From: a virus | Lineage: Duplodnaviria > Heunggongvirae > Uroviricota > Caudoviricetes | Reading direction: 5' to 3' (one strand) | IMG/VR virus record: IMGVR_UViG_3300029474_000225 | Coordinates: 1-35,108 of that record | DNA: 35,108 bases | In this document: positions 27,900-35,108 of the stretch, piece by piece | Numbering within the stretch: position 1 is the first letter of the stretch | Layout: each line of letters opens with the position of its first letter | Program-made: the position numbers and the translations under genes | The notes under the pieces: model-generated | Database searches by the model: none | Seen by the model: the letters and a program-made list of their open reading frames with translations, nothing else | Told to the model about the DNA's origin: nothing

Positions 27900-28067
27900 T
27901 TAAACGATTTTGCTTTTCCTGTACTCATCCAAAGCTTTTAAGTTATTGTAAGACTCAACCAGATAATACTTAGAATGACCACTATAAGTCTTTTTTACAT
28001 TCTCGTTCCCAACAAGTTTCCTCATTGCAAAAGCTTCTGTTTTGTTAATTAATAAAATAATTTTCAC
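27900..28067 (-). CDS. Small basic hypothetical protein (~53-55 aa, ...LLINKTEAFAMRKLVG...KSKIV)
   Basis: Read by hand; SD AAAGGATGTGA; start is GTG 28067 or ATT 28061/28058. Confidence 0.65.
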   Translation of the reverse strand: MKIILLINKTEAFAMRKLVGNENVKKTYSGHSKYYLVESYNNLKALDEYRKSKIV

Positions 28068-28106
28068 ATCCTTTGATTTATTTCCTACGATAGAGTAGGA
28101 TAGTAG

Positions 28107-28181
28107 TTGGAAATGTAGGATTTGAACCCACGACCTCCTGAACCCAAATCAGGCGTTCTAACCAAACTGAACTAATTCCCA
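28107..28181 (-). tRNA. tRNA-Pro (UGG), second copy
   Basis: CCTGA-TTTGGGT-TCAGG anticodon arm, GGTTCAAATCC, acceptor TGGGAAT/ATTTCCA. Confidence 0.9.
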
Positions 28182-28191
28182 AAATAAAAAA

Positions 28192-28213
28192 ATCCCATAC
28201 CGAAGTATGAGAT
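28192..28213 (-). terminator. Terminator with UUCG loop after the GOLLD-like RNA
   Basis: ATCTCATAC-TTCG-GTATGGGAT-TTTTT on the minus strand. Confidence 0.75.
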
Positions 28214-28225
28214 CCTTACTTAATA

Positions 28226-29052
28226 TAGGCTGAGATATTTGACCTAACACACCAACATCTACTGTGGTTGGACACAGTTTATCACACAAGCGATTAGCTT
28301 GTAGTTAGCAACAACACCAGTTTTGACATAACCGGCAAACTCTTACCATAAAGTATTATAGATTTTCTTTCTACACATTCTTCCTTGCGAGATTCATAGG
28401 TTGCAGCCTATTAGAGTTGCATATACTTGTACTTTCTCACATAATACCTTGCGAGTATTATATGTGTCCATATTACAGGACAATAAGTTGTTTTTCTCTT
28501 TATGGTCATACACACTTTTGCTGTTTTACAATCTTCTTTTAAATATTATCTGCCTAAAATAATTTGATTTTTCAAAAGTATGTACTTATTATGGACGATG
28601 AGGTGTACATTTGACCATCCGTACCTTTTGAGTACAGCCCAATCATCACCATCCTGCTCGGATTGCGATCTCCTTACTTTGTATTAAGTTTCCTATCTTT
28701 CAATTTAAGAAAACTACCTACAATCTGATCAGCAGTTATACTTGCGGTATTCCCACCAACCATACACAAATCATACCCACATTTCTGCGTTACTACAGTG
28801 CCTATTTCAAGACACCCACCATATCAACTTGTTTAAGAATTATCAAACCGTAAGATTATCAAATCTACATAAACTTGTAAATAGTCATTATCAGTTGACC
28901 TCTGACCTTAGATATGGTGTAGATTTTATGTGTTTTCCGTTAAACTGTATTTCACAGTCGCAGCCTTATAATACGATAAGAACCACTTTATACATGTCGC
29001 CATGCTTATTTTTGAGATTTAACATCTCCTGATCCGAAACCAACCAGTCCTA
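28226..29052 (-). ncRNA. GOLLD-like giant structured ncRNA (~830 nt)
   Basis: Between two tRNAs, no credible ORF; ordered 3-prime-half segments CTCAAAAG, GCAAAAGTG, CCTGTAAT, CTCGCAAG and terminal ATCTCAG resemble GOLLD as recalled from memory; several GNRA loops. Confidence 0.72.
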
Positions 29053-29066
29053 CAAAAGTAGAAAAG

Positions 29067-29139
29067 CTCTCCCAGTAAGACTCGAACTTACGACTTTCGC
29101 ATTAACAGTGCGATGCTCTACCAGCTGAGCTATAAGAGA
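29067..29139 (-). tRNA. tRNA-Asn (GUU)
   Basis: TAGCTCAGCTGGTAGAGC D arm, TCGCA-CTGTTAA-TGCGA, GTTCGAG, G73. Confidence 0.92.
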
Positions 29140-29144
29140 TTAAG

Positions 29145-29495
29145 AATTGTCAGTGACCATACCACAGGAACTGTAGCACAGCCACCGATCTATAAGAAGA
29201 GGAGTACAATATGAATATGTACCAATCTTAGAAATGAACTTTAGAATTGTTCAGAACCGCCAATGAATTAGTAGCGATGGAATCTCTTAGATTTTATCAG
29301 TTCACCAAATAAGCTGATTATCCGTAGTTTACCAACTTAACATTAAAGTTAGCATTTATGGCTGCTTGCACCACATACATTGTCTCTATGGACTTTATTG
29401 CCTCAGTATGATACGAGATCTAAATCACTGTTCTGAATTTAATTTGTGTTATATTGTGTCCGTATAGGACGTTGTTCTAATGTCTCTCGACAATT
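29145..29495 (-). ncRNA. Unassigned ~350-nt structured RNA
   Basis: Starts at the promoter-like motif; chain of hairpins ending in an 18-bp stem with six G.U pairs (29150-29188). Confidence 0.55.
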
Positions 29496-29506
29496 ATATA
29501 TTCTCT
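29495..29506 (-). promoter_or_regulatory. Conserved promoter-like motif AGAGAATATATA
   Basis: Copy of the repeated motif at the head of the ncRNA/tRNA block. Confidence 0.65.
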
Positions 29507-29610
29507 GTTTTATCAGCCAAGAAAAGCTGATTTCATTGTTTTCCATTACTGATATATAACACCACAAAAACAGCTATAAAGCCTTATTTTACAAGGAAAA
29601 CTCGGATTTT

Positions 29611-30465
29611 CTATTTCGCTACTCTATATTTATGAGCAATTTTTCGCTTTCTTTCACGCTCATTTAAAGTCGCACAATCATAACAATACAATCGTTTATT
29701 CCCTGTTTTTTCAATAATCCCACCACAACGTTTGCAACGAGAATACTTATTATTATGTCCACGCCTAACAGAATAATAGTCTTTTTGGTAGTTTTGAAAA
29801 TATGTATTTAACGACCTATTTATATATTTCACATAGAAATTGTCTTCAGTGATAAAATCATAATTATTTACAATCTGAGTCTTATCTTCATATTCTCCAA
29901 TCAGTTTGCAATTATCAAAACATTTTCTCAAAAATCCTTCAACAACTTTTTTATATTCATTCCAAGATAAAGTCATTTTCTCCATTTGAAAGCGTTGTTT
30001 GAGTTTTTCGGCTTCATCAATTGCATCGTCAATTATATCTGTAGCTGTATCTGCATCCATTTCAATTCCAGATAACCAATCGAAGTACATTAATTTTGGT
30101 TTTTTTAATAAGTCCATATACTCCTTATTGAGAATTACTTCTTTATCAAAATATCTTGTATAAATATTATTGATTTTCTGCCTAATAATAGCACACCAAT
30201 TTTCCTCTTTAGTCATTGACTTATAATATCTGTATTCAATTCCAGACCATGTATCAAATACTTGTCCAAGTTCTGTATTAAGTAAGTCCTTTCTGACCTT
30301 AAAATGAATTGTTTTCATATATGTGCGTCTTTTATTATCAGAAGCCCATATTGAGGAGCAGAACGAGTTGAATATCTCGTCCTTTACCTCATTATTCTCT
30401 GCTTCTTTGTAATCTTCTATAATTTCATATAGAAATGTTTCATTACAGTCGTAAATATGTATCAC
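29611..30465 (-). CDS. Helical protein with C-terminal Zn finger; candidate transcription factor/RNAP partner
   Basis: CKRC...YCYDC plus basic tail; start overlaps the RNAP gene end. Confidence 0.6.
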   Translation of the reverse strand: MIHIYDCNETFLYEIIEDYKEAENNEVKDEIFNSFCSSIWASDNKRRTYMKTIHFKVRKDLLNTELGQVFDTWSGIEYRYYKSMTKEENWCAIIRQKINNIYTRYFDKEVILNKEYMDLLKKPKLMYFDWLSGIEMDADTATDIIDDAIDEAEKLKQRFQMEKMTLSWNEYKKVVEGFLRKCFDNCKLIGEYEDKTQIVNNYDFITEDNFYVKYINRSLNTYFQNYQKDYYSVRRGHNNKYSRCKRCGGIIEKTGNKRLYCYDCATLNERERKRKIAHKYRVAK

Positions 30466-33070
30466 CTACCTCAAATTCATAGTATTTTCCAAGATATTCA
30501 TATGAGTTGTCCGTTTTATAAGGAACTTCTCTTATTGATATATTTCTCTTTGGATTTGTGTTATTCTTGAGATTTTTAATGATATAATCACCATAAGCTG
30601 ACCATGCAAGAGATTTGCTAATAGAAACAGAAGAGTACGAAGCTTTGATAATATAATTTGCTATAATATTTTCAGGCAACCCAATCTCGTTTAGGAGTTC
30701 TGCCTTATATTCATTTACGACTTCATCCATATTAAACTTATGGTCTTCATCGTCCGACTTATCTCTATGCAGATTCAGATGTTGCTTAATATCAACCGCA
30801 TACATATTTATGAACTTCCTGCATTTCTTTAAGACTTTTTTATCAGACAAATTCAAATCATTATCAATAATTAAACATCTAGTATCAACTAAATCTATCT
30901 TATTGTCCCATAAGATATTTTTCTTTTCCCAAGTTTCAATATAATCACACAACTCGTTCATAGGAGAGGGAGAGTGGTATGCATTGAGATATTCTTTCTC
31001 ATCATCAGATACATCTTTGTTCTTTTTGATTATATTCATATAGGATTTCATTTTCTTTGGGTAATTGTGAAGTAGAAAATACGGAAGTTGTTTAAGATGT
31101 TTTCTAAGACCTGAATTCATATGCCATCTGAATCCCGTTTTGAGGAAGTCGATTTCTTTGCCCTGAAAAATTCTTAGAAGAGAAGAGTAGTCAGAATACA
31201 ATTTTTGTATAACTGGATTAGTCGTATATTTATTCTCTATACTTGTAGCAACATTTGTGATTTCACCAATACGATTATCTCTTGTCATAACCTCGTACTC
31301 AATTAAATTCTCTTTTGTATAAGGCTTAGACTGAGCAGTTACTTTATCTTCAATATCAAGTATGATATGCTTATCTATCTTTGAATCAATAATGATAGGA
31401 TCGTTGCTTAAATAGAAAATATCACCATCAAAATCTGCGCCGCCTTGCTGTGGAGCTGATACATCATACATATTAAACATTACTACATCTTGGTCTTTAA
31501 AATAATCAAACCATTTTGTAAGAATGTCATTTCGTACAATCTTAATCTTATTTACCTCTGATGGATCAACAAGCGGAGAACGGAATGAACAACAATATCC
31601 TGGTTCAAAATTTGCTGTATATAATTCTCTTTCTCCAAGACAACCAATTGGTTCTTCACCAACGGCATACTGAAGATAACCAATCATATCACCAACACCT
31701 GTATGATAAAAACCTGAACAATAAATTTTACCAACCTTTGCTTCATCAATAGACTTTTTGAGTTTTCTATAAATGAATTGCTTAACGGCAGGATCTTTTA
31801 ACATAACATCATTTACCAATGCAGCTTCAAGATATTTACTTTCTGGCTCATAATCTTCTGTATCTGTAATTCCCATGAATTTATATGTATAAAATTTATC
31901 ACCTCTAATGATTTTTTCATACATATTAGTGGTATATTTTGCAAGCTTAATGATTTTTCCATCATTCTTAGAATCTAATATGTCATAGTCCTTTTTTGTT
32001 TTATCTGTATAACATTTAACATATTTATCATTCCAAAGATCCAGACATTGTAAATACTGAAAATTCATTCGTGTATATTTATTTAAATGCTTAATATGAT
32101 GACTGTATTTACTGATTCCAAGTTTGAATTCATACTTTCTGACAGTATTCATATATTCAATCCATGCGTTTTCGCCATAAGTTGACTTAAAAATCTTGTG
32201 CCCTTTAAACATCGAAATGTTCCAAATGCAATCTACATCATCAACATTATGAACATGACCATAGATGTCAGTGATAGTAGTATAGCCCCATTCTTTAAGA
32301 ATTTGTTTAAATGGTACATACACAGAATATCCTTTAATAAATGGTAAACGCACCTGTGTTCCAATAACTTTGTAGTCTAATCCAAGTTGCTCACTCACAG
32401 TATTCATAAAGTTTTCTTCATGACAACCACAACCATCAAAAGGTGATAGTCCAATATCCTTTAATCCTTCTTCGATTTCTCTGGTTTTATATTTCTTTTT
32501 CTTACCAGTGTTTTCATCAACAAATTCTTTTTCTCTTTCAACTACATATTTGATAAGCTGATTTTTCAATGTTTTTTCATACTCGCCAATAATTACAATA
32601 TTAGGCATATAATCTTTAATAAGAGTACATGAACTAAAAGGCAAACATCTTTGAGCTTCATACTTAGAAATAACACACTCATCAATTTTAATATCCATCT
32701 GAGTAATTAAATATAATTCATCAAAAATTTCATCGCATACAAATGCAGTAATTCCATCCTTACCTTGAGAAGCTGATTTACCAAAACGAGAGTAATGAAC
32801 TCCATTATATGTAAATCCATTATTTAGAATTGTTCTAAGAGATTCTTCTTGTTTTGGATTTTTTTTTGCAACAACCAACATGAGTTCACTTATATGAGAG
32901 GACGGTTTGCCACGAAGCCTCTGAATCTGATCAAATAAAGGAGAGTCACCTTGTTTGATAAGATATTCCTTTTTTATTTCGGTTTCTCTATTAATTTGAA
33001 TATTAAAATTCCCATCTATAAGTTCTCTTATTGGTATTTTAACTAATGTATATTGTACCTTTTTTATAAT
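30443..33070 (-). CDS. YonO-like single-chain DNA-dependent RNA polymerase (double-psi beta-barrel, RdRP-related); probable non-AUG start
   Basis: GADFDGD catalytic loop, FRSP, DGCG, QVRLPFIKG, IG.ITN and IDF.KTG motifs; frame open 64 codons above ATG 32881 to a strong SD. Confidence 0.88.
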   Translation of the reverse strand: MIKKVQYTLVKIPIRELIDGNFNIQINRETEIKKEYLIKQGDSPLFDQIQRLRGKPSSHISELMLVVAKKNPKQEESLRTILNNGFTYNGVHYSRFGKSASQGKDGITAFVCDEIFDELYLITQMDIKIDECVISKYEAQRCLPFSSCTLIKDYMPNIVIIGEYEKTLKNQLIKYVVEREKEFVDENTGKKKKYKTREIEEGLKDIGLSPFDGCGCHEENFMNTVSEQLGLDYKVIGTQVRLPFIKGYSVYVPFKQILKEWGYTTITDIYGHVHNVDDVDCIWNISMFKGHKIFKSTYGENAWIEYMNTVRKYEFKLGISKYSHHIKHLNKYTRMNFQYLQCLDLWNDKYVKCYTDKTKKDYDILDSKNDGKIIKLAKYTTNMYEKIIRGDKFYTYKFMGITDTEDYEPESKYLEAALVNDVMLKDPAVKQFIYRKLKKSIDEAKVGKIYCSGFYHTGVGDMIGYLQYAVGEEPIGCLGERELYTANFEPGYCCSFRSPLVDPSEVNKIKIVRNDILTKWFDYFKDQDVVMFNMYDVSAPQQGGADFDGDIFYLSNDPIIIDSKIDKHIILDIEDKVTAQSKPYTKENLIEYEVMTRDNRIGEITNVATSIENKYTTNPVIQKLYSDYSSLLRIFQGKEIDFLKTGFRWHMNSGLRKHLKQLPYFLLHNYPKKMKSYMNIIKKNKDVSDDEKEYLNAYHSPSPMNELCDYIETWEKKNILWDNKIDLVDTRCLIIDNDLNLSDKKVLKKCRKFINMYAVDIKQHLNLHRDKSDDEDHKFNMDEVVNEYKAELLNEIGLPENIIANYIIKASYSSVSISKSLAWSAYGDYIIKNLKNNTNPKRNISIREVPYKTDNSYEYLGKYYEFEVGDTYLRL

Positions 33071-33083
33071 AATTCACCACCTT

Positions 33084-33296
33084 TTATAAATTTTCCCAAA
33101 ATTCATCTTCAGAATCATACCCACCATAATCTAAGCTCTCTGCAAACTCGTGAGATGATTTTGTAGAAGCTTTGTAATAACATTGCTCCAATTCAGAGCA
33201 TTCTTCACATCTAAAATTGTTGTCAAATTCACATTCCGAAAGTTCATCTACAATCAATTCTTTCATTTCTTCAACATTGTCAAAATTATTATTCAT
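33084..33296 (-). CDS. Small acidic Cys-containing protein
   Basis: 70 aa, SD GGAGG, CEEC...QC. Confidence 0.7.
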   Translation of the reverse strand: MNNNFDNVEEMKELIVDELSECEFDNNFRCEECSELEQCYYKASTKSSHEFAESLDYGGYDSEDEFWENL

Positions 33297-33313
33297 ATAA
33301 ATTTACCTCCACT

Positions 33314-33325
33314 TATATATTCTCC
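33314..33325 (-). promoter_or_regulatory. Conserved promoter-like motif GGAGAATATATA upstream of the RNAP operon
   Basis: Copy of the repeated motif, a few nt before the SD of 33084-33296. Confidence 0.65.
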
Positions 33326-33346
33326 AAATGAAATTTCTATTTATTC

Positions 33347-33622
33347 CTAATCCATAAAATAAACATCAACATATTTTTCACCATTCTCTAAACAGAGCAA
33401 ATATGTAGCATATCCATCTATCAGCATAAAATCTCTGTTGAGTATAACCTGCGACTCATACATATTATTCTTACGGTAAAATTCACGTTTTTGTACCATT
33501 TTCTTGAATCTAGGGTGAGTAGCCCTGAATTCTTCTGATATAATAATGTCTTTGATATTTACCTTATATACTTGTCCAGATTTACAGAACATCTTCTTGA
33601 TTTTTCTAATAATCTTATTCAT
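33347..33622 (-). CDS. Small ParB/Srx-like N-terminal-domain protein (start re-called at MNKIIRK)
   Basis: VILNRDFMLIDGYATYL...YVDV motif; SD GGAGG. Confidence 0.6.
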   Translation of the reverse strand: MNKIIRKIKKMFCKSGQVYKVNIKDIIISEEFRATHPRFKKMVQKREFYRKNNMYESQVILNRDFMLIDGYATYLLCLENGEKYVDVYFMD

Positions 33623-33851
33623 CGTTCTCCTCCGTTTCATATCTAAATCCTAACCAATTAATCATCCAATTAATTCCAGCAGATCCAACGCAATCCTCAT
33701 GTATATATTCTCCTTGTTCATTATCAAGATACCTTTCGCCTTGATAAATTCCTTCGTTGCAATAGCAGCAAGTTATTCTTGGGCGAGTAGGAGAATAGTA
33801 AGGACATCGTGGATCGTGCGTACCATCATATCTGTTACATAGACTACACAT
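33615..33851 (-). CDS. Small Zn-finger protein
   Basis: CSLC, HDPRCP, CCYC and HEDC motifs. Confidence 0.7.
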   Translation of the reverse strand: MCSLCNRYDGTHDPRCPYYSPTRPRITCCYCNEGIYQGERYLDNEQGEYIHEDCVGSAGINWMINWLGFRYETEENDE

Positions 33852-33987
33852 ATAGTTATTCCATTCTCCTTTAATACAGTTGTGTAAATTTTTCAGTTAT
33901 AATTTTTAGGCGAGTATTTGTTCACCGAATGGTGTAGAATTTTCTGTGCACTGTCAGAATAATAAATTCTCAGCTAGAAATGGTATC

Positions 33988-34206
33988 TCAGTTATTTTTA
34001 TTATTTGGAACCTTTTCTTTATAACTTCTAATACTATTTTTCATTTGCATGTTACATGATCTATCAAATCTCCAAGCAGAAGCGATTTTATCTGCAATAT
34101 TTTTACTTCCTTCATAGTCAGTACAAAAATCGGACTGACAGATAAGCCCACCGTATGTATTTGCGTACTTATGATTCTTTGATTCGATTGTTACTGTTTT
34201 GTTCAT
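33988..34206 (-). CDS. Hypothetical protein, 72 aa
   Basis: SD AAAGGAG upstream of the ATG. Confidence 0.65.
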   Translation of the reverse strand: MNKTVTIESKNHKYANTYGGLICQSDFCTDYEGSKNIADKIASAWRFDRSCNMQMKNSIRSYKEKVPNNKNN

Positions 34207-34285
34207 TTAATTGTTCTCCTTTGATTTTTAAAATTTTATTCATTGTAATCAGCTCCTTTTAAGTGCTGTGTTAATTGGTTACATA

Positions 34286-34297
34286 TGTTTATTCTCT
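34286..34297 (-). promoter_or_regulatory. Promoter-like motif variant AGAGAATAAACA
   Basis: One mismatch to the repeated motif; intergenic, same orientation. Confidence 0.55.
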
Positions 34298-34302
34298 ATT
34301 TA

Positions 34303-35108
34303 TTAGGAATTTTGTGGTGAATTGTCTTTGATCCATTTTTTTAGAAGATTTCGCATTCGTATACTTGGGATATATACCCAAATTTCCTTGCCATCACGAA
34401 TAGCTGATCGCCATATAAACTGAAGCATTTCAGAAAGTGCATAACCATTCTCGTCTACACTAATATGATTTGTTGTGAAAAAATTTTTAATAAATGGATT
34501 GAGGTAACGATTTATAAGATATGCTACAGAAGTTCTGTCTCGATATTCATTGGTGGCTCTGCAATTACATGATAGATATCCTTTTGTATATCCTTTCCCT
34601 TTTAATATTTGTTGGTATTCTTTAAATGTAGTCCATATGTAGTCATTTGAATTTGTATTTCGCACATTATGGAAGAAATTATATATATTCTTTTTTAATA
34701 TCTTCATTGATGCGTTGTTTTTATTTCGAGAATACCAGGAAAAAGACAAGTCAGAATCTCTATCGCCAATCATATTTAATTTTTCATTCTCACAAATATG
34801 AATTAGCTTACTATAATCATAAGATGTATATCTGATATTTGAGCTATATGGAATAAGATGATAATTTTCCATAGAATCGCCTTGAACAGACCAGTATGTA
34901 TATTGAACTCCATAATAGTCATAGTAATATTTCTGCATTTGCATATCAAAATAATATGTAAGAATATAGATATTCCTAAATGAATTAAATGTCTCTATAG
35001 GAAATAACCATACCATTAAGTTATCTCCATAACATACAAGACTTCCTAACTCACATAAACGCTTTTCATTATCAAATTTACCATGATAATCAGAATATTC
35101 ATCTTTCC
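34303..35108 (-). CDS. C-terminal part of an SF2 helicase-like protein (5-prime end outside the window)
   Basis: Frame open to the window edge; YILTY, NCRATNEYR and SEMLQFIWRSAIR (motif VI-like) segments. Confidence 0.6.
   Translation of the reverse strand, partial: KDEYSDYHGKFDNEKRLCELGSLVCYGDNLMVWLFPIETFNSFRNIYILTYYFDMQMQKYYYDYYGVQYTYWSVQGDSMENYHLIPYSSNIRYTSYDYSKLIHICENEKLNMIGDRDSDLSFSWYSRNKNNASMKILKKNIYNFFHNVRNTNSNDYIWTTFKEYQQILKGKGYTKGYLSCNCRATNEYRDRTSVAYLINRYLNPFIKNFFTTNHISVDENGYALSEMLQFIWRSAIRDGKEIWVYIPSIRMRNLLKKWIKDNSPQNS

Noticed and set aside
28742..29032. 96-aa plus-strand ORF
   Set aside because: Antisense to the GOLLD-like RNA; no SD
29145..29405. RNase P RNA resemblance (GAGG...AAAGTCCAT and a distal TATGG)
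   Set aside because: Insertion within the GAGGAAAGUCC motif, no ACAnAA..GGCUUA element, and the TATGG is used in an 18-bp local hairpin
1..35108. CRISPR array, DGR template repeat, intron or stop-codon recoding
   Set aside because: No regularly spaced repeats, reverse transcriptase or split genes were seen; long genes read intact in the standard code and no suppressor tRNA was found

Overview
AT-rich segment of a large tailed phage (or prophage) of a Firmicutes host, probably Clostridia/Lachnospiraceae-like, with SPbeta-like gene order. Almost everything is on the minus strand. Reading in transcription order (right to left): a partial helicase-like gene and small ORFs; a YonO-type single-chain RNA polymerase (DFDGD motif) with an overlapping Zn-finger gene; a ncRNA/tRNA block containing a GOLLD-like giant RNA; PIN-PhoH, a ClpP-like gene, a metallophosphoesterase and HU; two free-standing nuclease cassettes; a tyrosine recombinase; more tRNAs and unassigned structured RNAs; a plus-strand Ku gene; then terminase, portal, prohead protease, capsid, neck and tail tube genes, a lysis cassette and an XRE regulator. 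Seven tRNA genes were folded by eye (Trp, Pro x2, Glu, fMet-like, Tyr, Asn); none encodes CCA. Main highlights: (i) a 12-bp motif RGAGAATAWATA repeated in one orientation upstream of genes and RNAs, a candidate promoter for the phage RNAP; (ii) at least four large unassigned structured RNAs besides GOLLD, with shared sub-motifs and a kissing-loop pair; (iii) forespore sigma-G/F-type promoters before the XRE and Ku genes; (iv) apparent non-AUG starts on the RNAP and PIN-PhoH genes; (v) antisense-type leaders on both nuclease cassettes. All calls come from reading the sequence by eye; no database searches were run.
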